Shown here piece by piece: positions 27,317-37,414 of a stretch of DNA of 64,000 nt. Below the pieces are notes generated by a model. It made no database searches. It was not told the DNA's origin and saw nothing but the letters and a program-made list of their open reading frames with translations. Position numbers and translations under genes: made by a program. The DNA is from Arenicellales bacterium (lineage in GTDB: Bacteria; Pseudomonadota; Gammaproteobacteria; Arenicellales; UBA868): positions 1,015-65,014 of the forward strand of contig JBBWVW010000086.1 in NCBI GenBank assembly GCA_050256425.1, written 5' to 3'. Position 1 is the stretch's first letter. Each line of letters opens with the position of its first letter.

Positions 27317-27511
27317 TATTCAGCCGTTATGCCCAATTAACATCACACCTCCAATTCTGGATGGGCTCGCGCCCGGCCAACTCTACTGACGCGTACAAAC
27401 TCGATTACACAATTATTAATGCCTGGCAGTCAACACCTGGCTGCTACAACAGCATCAGCCCTTGAGCAAGAACATACCCCTGTCGAGCCAAACACCACGA
27501 GAAGCTTAATT

Positions 27512-28702
27512 TCAAATGAAATCCGCGCAGACCACCTGCAGTGCCAGTGCTGCGTACATTGCAACGCCGGCTGGAAACGCATCCTCGTTGACCCGCATTG
27601 TGCTGGAATGACAAGGGGCAGCGGGGCCATCGGCCGGCGCGGTGCCGATAAAGGCAAAAGCCCCGGGGAAGCGCTCGAGTACGTATGAGAAATCCTCGGC
27701 ACCCATCCACGGGGTTGGCATCTGCTGGTAACGATCTTCACCGAGCACCTTGTGTGCGGCACGAGCCACTGCCTGCTCACCGCTGGTGTGATTCACCGTG
27801 GGCGGATAGCCTTTCTCGATGTCCAGCGAGACCTCCAGGCCATGGGCCGCGGGAATCTGCCGGACCAGGCGCTCTATACCCTCGACCAACCGGGCGCGGG
27901 CATCCACGGACAGCGACCGCAACGTGATGTCGAGCTCCGCAAATTGCGGAATAACATTGCTGGTGGTGCCCGACTGGATACGACCCACCGTTGCCACCAC
28001 AGGATCAAACACATCGAAGCGCCGGGTGATAAGGGTCTGTATGGCCTGGACGACTTCGCAGGCCACAGGCACTGGATCTATCGCATTGTGCGGCATCGAA
28101 CCGTGACCGCCGCGGCCTTGCAACCGAGCGAATACCGTATCTACCGCAGCGAGAATCGCACCGGAACGACACGCAATCATTCCAGAGGGCAGCTCGGGCT
28201 CCACGTGCAGTGCGTAAACCGCCTGTGGTGGGCCAGCAGCATCCAGCAAGCCTTCATCGAGCATGGGCTTGGCACCGCCTGGGCCTTCCTCGCCTGGCTG
28301 GAACATAAAGCGCACACTGCCAGCTATACGGTCACGGTGCGCATGCAAAAGATGCGCGGCACTTGAAAGCATTGCTGTGTGCGCGTCGTGGCCGCAGGCG
28401 TGCATGCAACCGGCTTCGACAGAAGCAAAGGGCAGGCCGGTATCTTCGGGCATCGGCAATGCATCCATGTCGCCCCGCAACAACACCGCGGGCCCTGGCT
28501 TGGCACCGTGCAGGGTAGCCACGATTCCGCTGGTAGTCGCTGATAGTGCCAGCTCAAGATCCAGGCCCTGCAGTGACTCAAGCACCGCTGCGCGGGTACG
28601 GGGCAGATCCAACCCGAGCTCAGGGTGACGATGGATTTCCCGGCGCAGCGCAACGGTGCGCTCCTGCAGTGCCTGTGCGTCTTGAAGCAGCTGTAGTGGC
28701 AT
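27512..28702 (-). CDS. M20D amidohydrolase (hippurate hydrolase-like)
   Basis: HRHPELG, LRGDMDALP, MHACGHDAH, FQPGEEG and MGAEDFS. ATG 28702 has a GGAGAAAC SD. Confidence 0.92.
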   Translation of the reverse strand: MPLQLLQDAQALQERTVALRREIHRHPELGLDLPRTRAAVLESLQGLDLELALSATTSGIVATLHGAKPGPAVLLRGDMDALPMPEDTGLPFASVEAGCMHACGHDAHTAMLSSAAHLLHAHRDRIAGSVRFMFQPGEEGPGGAKPMLDEGLLDAAGPPQAVYALHVEPELPSGMIACRSGAILAAVDTVFARLQGRGGHGSMPHNAIDPVPVACEVVQAIQTLITRRFDVFDPVVATVGRIQSGTTSNVIPQFAELDITLRSLSVDARARLVEGIERLVRQIPAAHGLEVSLDIEKGYPPTVNHTSGEQAVARAAHKVLGEDRYQQMPTPWMGAEDFSYVLERFPGAFAFIGTAPADGPAAPCHSSTMRVNEDAFPAGVAMYAALALQVVCADFI

Positions 28703-28768
28703 GTTTCTCCTGGGTATCGCGTATTTTCGACAGACTCCCATTGTGCACCAGCGGGCGGTGCGAAGCGC

Positions 28769-28794
28769 AAAAAAATCCCCGCCAGAGGCGGGGA
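28769..28794 (-). terminator. Intrinsic terminator downstream of the 58-aa ORF
   Basis: Minus strand TCCCCGCC-tct-GGCGGGGA followed by TTTTTTT. Confidence 0.8.
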
Positions 28795-28885
28795 CACGCG
28801 GAGGAGGAAACAACGCTGTTAGCGTCTCAGTTTTGCTGTCCCGTTATTTGTGACCTGATTCACGGTTGACCCGCTTCGGGTACTT

Positions 28886-29062
28886 TCAACAAACACCATC
28901 TTTGGAGTGCATCTGGATATGCTCGAACTCCAGGTCAAGTTTGTCGCAGCGCTCTAATTGCTCTATCGGTATACCGATCTCGAGCAGGTCTTTGAGCATG
29001 GCAATAATCGCCTCGGAATCGTTGCTCGTTCCGGCTTCGATGATTGTGGAGCTCGTATTCAT
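28886..29062 (-). CDS. 58-aa small protein, below the ORF-track cutoff
   Basis: MNTSSTIIEAGTSNDSEAIIAMLKDLLEIGIPIEQLERCDKLDLEFEHIQMHSKDGVC; AAGAGG SD upstream and a terminator downstream. Confidence 0.6.
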   Translation of the reverse strand: MNTSSTIIEAGTSNDSEAIIAMLKDLLEIGIPIEQLERCDKLDLEFEHIQMHSKDGVC

Positions 29063-29239
29063 GGCATGTTCCTCTTATGTGTCCTTTGCTGATGTTTTGC
29101 AGTTACATCATCTGCGATCGGAACATCTGTGGCAGTGATGGTTGTCACACATTTACAACCGATGCGGGTAGTAGCGAGAGGAAACGACGATTAAACGCCC
29201 AGACAAGTGACGGCCGTCACATTTGCCGGAATGAAAGAA

Positions 29240-30064
29240 CTACAGCAAGGTGTCGAGAAAAGCAGCGACCCGCCGGGCAAAGCGGCGGTCAGTCCAGTAA
29301 GCCAGATGGGAAGCCGGAGTCCATCCGCTTATCGGGCCGCCCACATTGATCAGTTCGTCACGGTGGACGACGCTGGCGTAGGCCGCATTGATGGGCTTGA
29401 GCGGCCAGCCCAATACATCGTCAGGATCAAAATAATTCAGCCACCGGGCATCGCCCTTGAGGCGTGCGGGCAGGCGCGGCGGCGGAAAACGGATCGGCTG
29501 CACCTTCGAACAGGCAAAAGTGAACAGCGGAATATTGCAGCCAAAGGTGATAAAACCCGTCAACCAGTTCATGCGCTCAAAGGGCGACAACCGACGATCC
29601 GGGCGGTGTTGGCTGTCCCAGATGTAATTGGACAGAATATGCCCGCCGAACGAATGTGCCAATACCACCAGCGGTACAGCACGAGAGGAGAGTTGATCGT
29701 TGTACAGAGTCGCCATGGCCTGGCGTACCCGGGCATGCACCCGATGATAGGTTCGTGTCTCCTCGCCACCACGCCGGCCACCAGAGCGCAACTGGCGATA
29801 ACCGACCGCATCACCCAAAGCGCTCAGCAGCAGGGTGCGCAAGCGTCGTGCCCGCAGATCCGTAGAATCGTAGGCCGCCTGCAGATAGACATTCTGGGCT
29901 GGGCGCAGGATATCGTCCCAGAATACCGGCTGCCAAGCCACCTGCTGCGGGTCTGTGCCGATCTTCTCGAGTTGCGTGCTGACCCCATCAATCAGCTGGT
30001 CGGCAAAATCCGGACTCTGACGGCCGATGCCGTGGATGACCAATGCGGCAAGGTTTTTTTTCAT
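29240..30064 (-). CDS. Predicted alpha/beta-hydrolase-fold protein
   Basis: VIHGIG, LAHSFGG nucleophile elbow, DPDDVLG and SHLAYW give a putative Ser-Asp-His triad. Confidence 0.7.
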   Translation of the reverse strand: MKKNLAALVIHGIGRQSPDFADQLIDGVSTQLEKIGTDPQQVAWQPVFWDDILRPAQNVYLQAAYDSTDLRARRLRTLLLSALGDAVGYRQLRSGGRRGGEETRTYHRVHARVRQAMATLYNDQLSSRAVPLVVLAHSFGGHILSNYIWDSQHRPDRRLSPFERMNWLTGFITFGCNIPLFTFACSKVQPIRFPPPRLPARLKGDARWLNYFDPDDVLGWPLKPINAAYASVVHRDELINVGGPISGWTPASHLAYWTDRRFARRVAAFLDTLL

Positions 30065-30286
30065 CGACGGGTGTAGCTCAACGGGCATGTCGGCAGCGCG
30101 CTGCACGCCCAACATGCAAAGGCGCAGGGAAAATTATCGAACCCTGAGCCTGCGAGAATCACGCTTTGAACGCCATGATGCACCACCATCCAGTAAGTGT
30201 ACTCGCCGCCCCGCATCCGGAACAGGCGCCACGACTGTCGAGCACAGGTACAATCGCGCCTGGCCTCAGTTGATCCTTCTCTACCG

Positions 30287-31801
30287 TTGAACCAGAACCT
30301 TTACCTGCTGCTTCGCCAGCACTTCCCGGCTGACCCCGATACGCCGTGGCTGGTGCTGCCTGACGGGCACTGCCTGCGCTATGGCGACATTGATACAACC
30401 ACGGCTTGCTACGCCGGGGCACTGCACTCGCTGGGCATAGGTCATGGTGATCGGGTGCTGGCGCAGATCGATAAATCGCCAGAAGCGCTGTTGTTGTACC
30501 TGGCAACACTGCGCCTGGGCGCCATCTACGTGCCACTGAACACAGCCTACACCCCAACCGAGGTAGCCTATTTTCTGGGTGATGCGCAGCCAGGGGTGTT
30601 TATCGCCCGACCTGACCGTGAAGCCACCTTGAGTGAAACTGCCCAGGCGACGGCCACGACACTGCTCACCCTGGACGGGTCCGGACAGGGCAGCCTGTGC
30701 GAACGAGTCAATCAGGCAACGCCTCTCGAAGCAGTAACAACCGTCAGTGGCAATGAGATCGCGACGATCATCTACACCTCGGGTACCACCGGGCGCTCCA
30801 AGGGCGCCATGCTCAGCCACGACAACCTGGCCAGCAACGCCCTCACCCTTCGGACCTTGTGGGGTTTTGTCAGTACCGATGTTTTGCTGCATGCCCTGCC
30901 GATCTACCACCTGCACGGGCTCTTTGTGGCCGTGCACTGTGCCATGCTGCGCGGGATTCCCATGCTGTTTCTGCCGCGCTTTGACCCCGGGCAGGTGCTG
31001 ACACATCTGCGATCCGCCACGGTCATGATGGGCGTGCCTACTTTCTATACGCGTCTACTGCGAACAGAGGGTTTCGATCGCGGGCGCTGCGAGCATATGC
31101 GGCTTTTTATCAGTGGCTCAGCGCCACTGCTGGCGCAGACCTGGCAGGCGTTTTATAAACACACCGGGCACCGCATTCTCGAACGCTACGGCATGAGCGA
31201 GGCCGGTATGATCGCCTCGAACCCGCTGGCGGGTGAACGGCTACCGGGCACTGTAGGCTTTGCCCTGCCGGGGGTCACGCTGCGGGTATGCGACAACACG
31301 CACCACCCGCTACCGGCCGGGGAGACCGGCGTGCTTGAGATGCGTGGCCCTAACGTATTCCAGGGCTACTGGCAGATGCCCGAAAAAACCGCCAGCGAAT
31401 TCACCAACGATGGTTTTTTTATCTCGGGTGATCTTGCGACCCTGGCAGAAGATGGCCGGGTCTCGATCGTCGGGCGGGAAAAGGATCTGGTGATCAGTGG
31501 CGGATTGAATGTCTACCCCAAAGAGATCGAGGACGCGATCGACGCGCTGCCCGGGGTCAACGAGGCCGCGGTGATCGGCGTCCCACACGCAGACCTCGGT
31601 GAAGGCCTGGTGGCGGTTATCTGCGTCACGCCAGGGGGCGCTCTTGATTCGAACAGCGTAATTGAAGCCCTTAAAGCCAGCTTGGCAGGCTTCAAAGTGC
31701 CCCGGCAGATCTACACGGTTGATGAACTGCCGCGCAACGCGATGGGCAAGGTGCAAAAAAATATTCTGCGTGAACGATACGCCCAAACCTTCTGCGCCTG
31801 A
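30287..31801 (+). CDS. matB: Malonyl-CoA synthetase-like acyl-CoA ligase
   Basis: NQNLY N-terminus, YTSGTTGRSKGAMLSH, HALPIYHLHGLF, ERYGMSE and PRNAMGKVQKN. Probable TTG start at 30287. Confidence 0.82.
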   Translation: MNQNLYLLLRQHFPADPDTPWLVLPDGHCLRYGDIDTTTACYAGALHSLGIGHGDRVLAQIDKSPEALLLYLATLRLGAIYVPLNTAYTPTEVAYFLGDAQPGVFIARPDREATLSETAQATATTLLTLDGSGQGSLCERVNQATPLEAVTTVSGNEIATIIYTSGTTGRSKGAMLSHDNLASNALTLRTLWGFVSTDVLLHALPIYHLHGLFVAVHCAMLRGIPMLFLPRFDPGQVLTHLRSATVMMGVPTFYTRLLRTEGFDRGRCEHMRLFISGSAPLLAQTWQAFYKHTGHRILERYGMSEAGMIASNPLAGERLPGTVGFALPGVTLRVCDNTHHPLPAGETGVLEMRGPNVFQGYWQMPEKTASEFTNDGFFISGDLATLAEDGRVSIVGREKDLVISGGLNVYPKEIEDAIDALPGVNEAAVIGVPHADLGEGLVAVICVTPGGALDSNSVIEALKASLAGFKVPRQIYTVDELPRNAMGKVQKNILRERYAQTFCA

Positions 31802-31811
31802 GCGGGGGTGC

Positions 31812-32165
31812 TTACAACTCGGTGTACTTGCGCGCTGTCCCGCGGGCTTTTTCCACCGGGTATTTGTGCCGGTTCTTTTCCAGTTTCGCCCACGCAGCGC
31901 TGTCCAGATCAATCTCCATCTGCGAAGCCAGGCGCAAGGTGTAGATCAATATATCGGCCAACTCCTCGGCCACTGCCGCGCGCTGGTCATGGTCCAATTC
32001 CTCGCTCTGGCGCTCGCTCAGCCACTGGAAGTGCTCCACAAGCTCTGCCGCCTCGACAATCAGCGCCATGGAAAGGTTCTTGGGCGCATGAAACTGCTGC
32101 CAGTCGCGCTCACTGGCAAACTGATCGATCGCTGCAGAAAACTCTTCAAGAAAAGCATCGCTCAT
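31812..32165 (-). CDS. MazG-like nucleotide pyrophosphohydrolase (dCTPase-like)
   Basis: RDWQQFHAPKNLSMALIVEAAELVEHFQW, EELADI and KYP. Confidence 0.9.
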   Translation of the reverse strand: MSDAFLEEFSAAIDQFASERDWQQFHAPKNLSMALIVEAAELVEHFQWLSERQSEELDHDQRAAVAEELADILIYTLRLASQMEIDLDSAAWAKLEKNRHKYPVEKARGTARKYTEL

Positions 32166-32190
32166 GCCGGCACTCCGCGAAAGTGGTCAA

Positions 32191-32934
32191 TTACCCAGTG
32201 GTGGTGAACTGCTCAAAATCCTCGAGCGTATCGGCGAGGGCAGCCTCGAGAATCCGCTCACCATGGGCCACGCTGGCAAGACCAGGGTTGGAACCGATAC
32301 GCCCATCGGGAAAACAGCGACGGTAATCGGCAGCATCCCGAATCTGGCCTGTGGCAGCACGCTCGGGGCTTAGGGCCGCATCCTTGACAGCCTCGGGATG
32401 CACATACCAGCTCAGTGACACTTCGGTGGGCGTGGCATGACTGCCTTCGGCGTCGCCGAACAACTCCTTTGACAGCGCGCCGACGCGCTTGCCGGCCCAC
32501 CAGTTGCGAAGTTTCAGGTGCGGCGCGGGTGAATCGCTGCCAGCAAAACTTGCGCTCGACCAGATCTCTGAAAAAGCCGCCGTCACGGTAGCGATATTGC
32601 CGCCATGGCCATTGAGAAAATACACATGGGTGAAACCATGGCAAAGCAGTGACTCTGTGACATCGCGCACCAGCGCCAACAGTGTGGAGGGGCGCAGCGC
32701 AATCGAGCCGGGAAAGGCCAGATGATGCTGGGCCATGCCCACCGCCAGTGTGGGGCCAATGAGCACCGTGATGCGCCGTGCCATTTCGTGGGCAACAGCT
32801 TCGGGGCAGATCGCATCGGTACCGATCAGCCCGTTGGGGCCGTGCTGCTCGGTCGAGCCGATCGGCACGATGATCGCCGTTGACGAGCGCAAGTAGGCCT
32901 CTACCTCGGGCCAAGCGGCCAGTTGCAATAGCAT
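32191..32934 (-). CDS. Creatininase-family amidohydrolase
   Basis: PIGSTEQHG, GMAQHH, NGHGGN and HA...E motifs. Confidence 0.9.
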   Translation of the reverse strand: MLLQLAAWPEVEAYLRSSTAIIVPIGSTEQHGPNGLIGTDAICPEAVAHEMARRITVLIGPTLAVGMAQHHLAFPGSIALRPSTLLALVRDVTESLLCHGFTHVYFLNGHGGNIATVTAAFSEIWSSASFAGSDSPAPHLKLRNWWAGKRVGALSKELFGDAEGSHATPTEVSLSWYVHPEAVKDAALSPERAATGQIRDAADYRRCFPDGRIGSNPGLASVAHGERILEAALADTLEDFEQFTTTG

Positions 32935-32966
32935 GGTTAATCTCCTGCTGGGATAAGCCGTCGCAC

Positions 32967-34643
32967 CTATCGACCGGATCGTGCGCGCAGTTCGGTCAGG
33001 GTCGTGGTATGGACAATTGCCTCGGCATCGGTGACCAGTTCAATCAAGGCAGCACTCGGGGCGGCCAGGGCACGCTGTAGCGCCGAGGCAAATCCGTCAG
33101 TTGTGCTGACCCGCTCGCTGCCAAGGCCATGAGCACCCGCCAACGCACAAAAATCCGGATTACTCAGATCGGTGTGACGGGTCCGGCCGGGATAATGCAT
33201 CTCCTGGTGCATGCGGATAGTGCCCAGCATCGCGTTGTTGATCACGATAATCACAATCGACAGCTCATACTGCGCTGCGGTGGCGAGCTCCTGCCCGGTC
33301 ATCTGAAAATCCCCGTCGCCAACCACACAGATCACCTGGCGCTCGGGAAATACCAGTGCGGCAGCGATCGCGGCCGGGATACCGTAGCCCATCGATCCCG
33401 AAGTCGATGCCAGCTGCCGTCCAGTGCCGCGGTGTCGAAAATAGCGGTGCAACCAACCGGTATTGTTGCCGGCACCGGTGCAGACGATGGCGTCATCCGC
33501 CAGGGTCTCGCTAAGATGCGCCACCACCTTCGCCAGATTGACAGCACCGGGGGCATCGGCCGGCGTCGTCCAGCGTAGGTAGCTATCGCGCAGTTCCCGG
33601 CCATGTGCCGCCCAGGGCAGTTTGGTCGGAGGCTGCAGGGCCGACAATGCCAGCGCAAACACCGGCGCCGACACGGGAAAAGCCAGCGCTGGGTAATAAA
33701 CCCGCCCCAACTCCTCAACACCAGGGTGAACGTGCACGAGCTGCTGATAAGGCAACGGCACACGCAGGCGAGTGTAATTACCCGTGGTGACCTCGCCCAG
33801 GCGTACGCCCAGGGCAATCACCAGATCAGCCTCGGTGAGCGCACTTTCCAGCTGCGGGTTCATGCCAACACCGACGTCACCTACGTACTGTGCATCGGTG
33901 TTGTCGAATACATCCTGGTAACGAAATGGCGTAGTCACCGGTAACTGCCAGCGCTGGGCAAATTCATGCAATGCCGTACGCGCCGCTGCGCTCCAGTTGC
34001 GCCCGCCGGCCAGCAACACCGGCTGGCGCGCATTTGCCAGCAATGTCGCAAACCGCGCCATGTCCTCAGGCGCGGGCTCACTATGGAACCGGTGGTACGG
34101 TGGCAGGTCGACTACCTGTGCACTCTCGGCCAGAACATCTTCAGGCAACACCACAACGACGGGGCCGGGACGGCCATTGCAGGCGGTATGAAAAGCCCGG
34201 CTCATGACCTCGGGCAAACGAGCGGCATCATGCACTTGCTCGACGTGCTTGGCCAGAGCGTTGTAGAAAAGCCCGTAGTCGATCTCCTGAAAGGCCTCGC
34301 GTCCAAGTGCATCACGGCTCACCTGGCCGATGAGCAACACCAGTGGCGTGGAATCCTGGGCCGCCACGTGAATGCCGGATGCGGCGTTGGTGGCACCAGG
34401 ACCACGAGTCACAAAACACACGCCGGGGCGTCCTGTGAGCTTGGCACGGGCTTCGGCCATCATCGCGGCACCGCCCTCGTGGCGGCAGACTACGGTGGTG
34501 ATGTCGGACGCATCGTGCAATGCGTCTAGTGCGCTGAGGTAACTCTCGCCCGGCACGCAGAAGACGTGCCTCACCTGTTGTTGACACAGCGCCTGGATAA
34601 GAATCTGGCCGCCGGTACGGGCGGGAGGCAACGGTGCGGACAC
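32967..34643 (-). CDS. Thiamine pyrophosphate-binding protein (acetolactate synthase-like)
   Basis: FCVPGESYL, CRHEGGAAMMAEA, RGPGATNA and GDGDFQM...NN. Start trimmed to GTG 34643. Confidence 0.9.
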   Translation of the reverse strand: MSAPLPPARTGGQILIQALCQQQVRHVFCVPGESYLSALDALHDASDITTVVCRHEGGAAMMAEARAKLTGRPGVCFVTRGPGATNAASGIHVAAQDSTPLVLLIGQVSRDALGREAFQEIDYGLFYNALAKHVEQVHDAARLPEVMSRAFHTACNGRPGPVVVVLPEDVLAESAQVVDLPPYHRFHSEPAPEDMARFATLLANARQPVLLAGGRNWSAAARTALHEFAQRWQLPVTTPFRYQDVFDNTDAQYVGDVGVGMNPQLESALTEADLVIALGVRLGEVTTGNYTRLRVPLPYQQLVHVHPGVEELGRVYYPALAFPVSAPVFALALSALQPPTKLPWAAHGRELRDSYLRWTTPADAPGAVNLAKVVAHLSETLADDAIVCTGAGNNTGWLHRYFRHRGTGRQLASTSGSMGYGIPAAIAAALVFPERQVICVVGDGDFQMTGQELATAAQYELSIVIIVINNAMLGTIRMHQEMHYPGRTRHTDLSNPDFCALAGAHGLGSERVSTTDGFASALQRALAAPSAALIELVTDAEAIVHTTTLTELRARSGR

Positions 34644-34647
34644 GTAC

Positions 34648-35157
34648 TCAGTCCTGTGCGGGTTTCTTGCCGGCCTTGCTGGAACGCTTGGTGCGGGGAT
34701 GATCGGTGCTCTTGACCAGGCCTGCCGAGCGCAGGAAATTGTCTTGCACATCCTGCCACACTTCGAGGTTGCGACGAGCCATCTCCGACATCGCGCCGAC
34801 GGAAGTCTGGCCCAGGAAATCTGCCAGACGATCCTGATAAGCCTGCTGCTCCTCGACAAACAACCCCAGGCTACGGCCAAGATAGTCGGTGAACATCTTC
34901 TGAGTGGGACCGCCGTAGAAGCGGATGAGGTTGGTGAGAATCTCAGTGGTGAACAGCGGCTGGCCGGAGCTCTCCTGCTCGTTGATGATCTGCAGCAGCA
35001 CGCTGCGAGTGATGTCATCGCCACTGGCGACATCGATCACCATGAATGCCTCGCCTTCGACAATCAGTTGCCGCAGGTCGGACACGGTAATGTAGTGGCT
35101 GAGCTCAGTGTCGTAGAGTCGCCGGTTGGGGTACTTCTTGATCGTACGCGCGCTCAC
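34648..35157 (-). CDS. phaR: PHA synthesis repressor PhaR
   Basis: IKKYPNRRLYDT...YIT, DITRSVLLQII and LIRFYG. Confidence 0.93.
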   Translation of the reverse strand: MSARTIKKYPNRRLYDTELSHYITVSDLRQLIVEGEAFMVIDVASGDDITRSVLLQIINEQESSGQPLFTTEILTNLIRFYGGPTQKMFTDYLGRSLGLFVEEQQAYQDRLADFLGQTSVGAMSEMARRNLEVWQDVQDNFLRSAGLVKSTDHPRTKRSSKAGKKPAQD

Positions 35158-35172
35158 TGCCGGTCCCCCGCG

Positions 35173-35191
35173 TTATTGTGCAACGCAATAA
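35173..35191. promoter_or_regulatory. Putative PhaR box upstream of phaR
   Basis: ttattg-TGC-aac-GCA-ataa dyad (TGC-N3-GCA core). Confidence 0.55.
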
Positions 35192-35227
35192 TACCACCAG
35201 CCGGGGGGCAAACGTGGGAACGGCGCA

Positions 35228-35950
35228 TCAGTACATGTGCTGACCACCATTGATCGACAGCGTGGAGCCGGTCATGAAAGTCGCGTCATCGGCGACCAGA
35301 AACATCACCGCACGGGCGATGTCACTGGCGTAACCCAGTCGTCCGACAGGGATAGTGGCAATAATTTTTTCCAGCACTTTTTGCGGTACCGCGCGCACCA
35401 TATCGGTATCTACATAACCCGGGGCAATTGCATTAACCGTGACGCCTTTAGCAGCGCCTTCCAGAGCCAGCGCCTTGGTAAACCCATGGATACCCGACTT
35501 GGCCGCCGCATAGTTGACCTGGCCGTACTGTCCCGCCTGGCCATTGATCGAACCGATGTTGACGATGCGCCCGAACCCACGCTCACGCATACCTTCAATC
35601 ACGTTGCGGCACATGTTGTAGCACGAGGACAGATTGGTCTGCAGCACGGCGTTCCACTGCTCGAAATCCATGCGGTGCAAAGTGCCGTCTCGGGTAATGC
35701 CCGCATTGTTCACGAGTATATCGACCGGGCCAAGATCCGCCTCGATGCGTTCCACGCTCGTGGCGCACTGGTCGAAATCGGCGACGTCGAACTTGTATAC
35801 GCTGATTCCGGTTTCGCTGTTGAATGCCTGGGCCGCCTGGTCATTGCTGGCATAGGTGGCGGCAACACGGTGACCCATTTCACTCAACGCTGTCGAGATG
35901 GCGGCACCAATACCCCGCGTCCCGCCGGTAACTATTGCTGTGTGTGACAT
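35228..35950 (-). CDS. phaB: Acetoacetyl-CoA reductase
   Basis: TGGTRGIG, NNAGITRD, GSINGQAGQYGQVNYAAAK and INGGQHMY. Confidence 0.93.
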   Translation of the reverse strand: MSHTAIVTGGTRGIGAAISTALSEMGHRVAATYASNDQAAQAFNSETGISVYKFDVADFDQCATSVERIEADLGPVDILVNNAGITRDGTLHRMDFEQWNAVLQTNLSSCYNMCRNVIEGMRERGFGRIVNIGSINGQAGQYGQVNYAAAKSGIHGFTKALALEGAAKGVTVNAIAPGYVDTDMVRAVPQKVLEKIIATIPVGRLGYASDIARAVMFLVADDATFMTGSTLSINGGQHMY

Positions 35951-36012
35951 ATGTATCTAACTCCTTGAACGACTAAAAATATGGTGAAAAACGGTTTACT
36001 CGGGGGAGTGGC

Positions 36013-37197
36013 TCAGGGGCGTTCCACGCACATGGCGATTCCCATACCGCCACCGATGCACAGGGTGGCAAGACCGCGGCGCACGTCACGTCGGCCCATC
36101 TCATAGAGCAAGGTCGTCAGAACCCGGGCACCGGAAGCGCCGATCGGATGCCCAAGAGCAATCGCGCCGCCATTGACGTTGACAATATCGGTATCCCACG
36201 CCATTTCCTGGTTCACGGCACAAGCCTGCGCTGCGAACGCCTCGTTCGCCTCGACCAAGTCAAGGTCCCCTACCTGCCAACCCGCCTTTTCCAGAGCCTG
36301 GCGACTGGCGGGAATCGGTCCGGTCCCCATAATTGAGGGGTCCACACCGGCGGTTGACCAGGAGACGATCCGGGCCAACGGTGTGATACCTCGAGCGCTG
36401 GCCAAGCGTGCGCTCATCAGCACCGTGGCAACAGCGCCGTCGTTGATTCCCGAGGCATTGCCCGCAGTCACGGTGCCCGCCTTATCAAAGGCCGGTCTCA
36501 GACCCGCCAGCGCTTCTGCTGTAGTGCCGTGGCGTGGGTGTTCGTCGGTATCCACCACGGTATCGCCCTTGCGGCCCTTGATCGTGACCGGAGTGATCTC
36601 CTTCGCAAAGCGCCCGGCTTTTTGTGCGGCCTCGGCTTTTTGCTGCGACGCAGCAGCAAAGGCATCCTGGGTCTTCCGGGAAATAGCAAACTGGCTTGCG
36701 ACGTTCTCAGCCGTATTGCCCATGTGGTAGCCATTGAAAGCATCCCACAGCCCATCAACGATCATGCTATCGACCATTTCCAAGGGCCCGAGTTTCTGTC
36801 CATTACGCAGGTGTGCACAGTGCGGGGCCTGGCTCATGCTTTCCTGACCACCGGCAACGACGATATCACTGTCGCCATTGCGGATCGCCTGGTATCCCAA
36901 GGCGATGGCACGCAGTCCCGAACCGCACAGCTGATTGATTACCAGCGCAGTCTTCTCCACCGGAACGCCGGCTCCAATGGCAGCCTGGCGAGCCGGATTC
37001 TGGCCCGTTCCCGCCGTGAGCACCTGGCCCAGCACGACCTCGGAGACCTCTTGCGGCGCAACGCCGGCACGGTCCAGCGCGGCCACTATGGCGACACGAC
37101 CCAGTTCACTCGCAGGCAAAGTGCGCAAGCCACCGTTAAAGGCGCCAGTCGCGGTTCGCGCTGCACTGACAATTACCACTTCGGTTTCAGTTTTCAT
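36013..37197 (-). CDS. phaA: Acetyl-CoA C-acetyltransferase (beta-ketothiolase)
   Basis: [21 protein letters not shown] and LCIGGGMG. Confidence 0.94.
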   Translation of the reverse strand: MKTETEVVIVSAARTATGAFNGGLRTLPASELGRVAIVAALDRAGVAPQEVSEVVLGQVLTAGTGQNPARQAAIGAGVPVEKTALVINQLCGSGLRAIALGYQAIRNGDSDIVVAGGQESMSQAPHCAHLRNGQKLGPLEMVDSMIVDGLWDAFNGYHMGNTAENVASQFAISRKTQDAFAAASQQKAEAAQKAGRFAKEITPVTIKGRKGDTVVDTDEHPRHGTTAEALAGLRPAFDKAGTVTAGNASGINDGAVATVLMSARLASARGITPLARIVSWSTAGVDPSIMGTGPIPASRQALEKAGWQVGDLDLVEANEAFAAQACAVNQEMAWDTDIVNVNGGAIALGHPIGASGARVLTTLLYEMGRRDVRRGLATLCIGGGMGIAMCVERP

Positions 37198-37342
37198 CTG
37201 TTCTTTTGTCTTTCGGAAAATATTCGGGCGGCTCCACCGAGGGTACCCTGGTACGGCAATATCGCATTGCTAAGCTGGCCAGTGCGTTGTGGCAGCGTCA
37301 CCCAATACAGTGAAAGCGCCGGGAGCACGCGAGCGCCCCGGC

Positions 37343-37370
37343 AAAGAAAAGACCGGCTCAAGCCGGTCTT
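37343..37370 (-). terminator. Intrinsic terminator downstream of the phasin gene
   Basis: AAGACCGGC-N4-GCCGGTCTT perfect 9-bp stem followed by a T-rich tail on the minus strand. Confidence 0.75.
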
Positions 37371-37414
37371 CCGTGCCTGCAACACTCAAGACTCAGGCGC
37401 CGTCAGCGCGAGAC

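Noticed and set aside
29207-30076. 289-aa plus-strand ORF
   Set aside because: Shadow of the minus-strand hydrolase-like gene, with no motifs of its own.
34644-35033. 130-aa N-terminal extension of the TPP enzyme (688-aa ORF)
   Set aside because: It overlaps phaR in another frame; homology-like sequence begins at GTG 34643.
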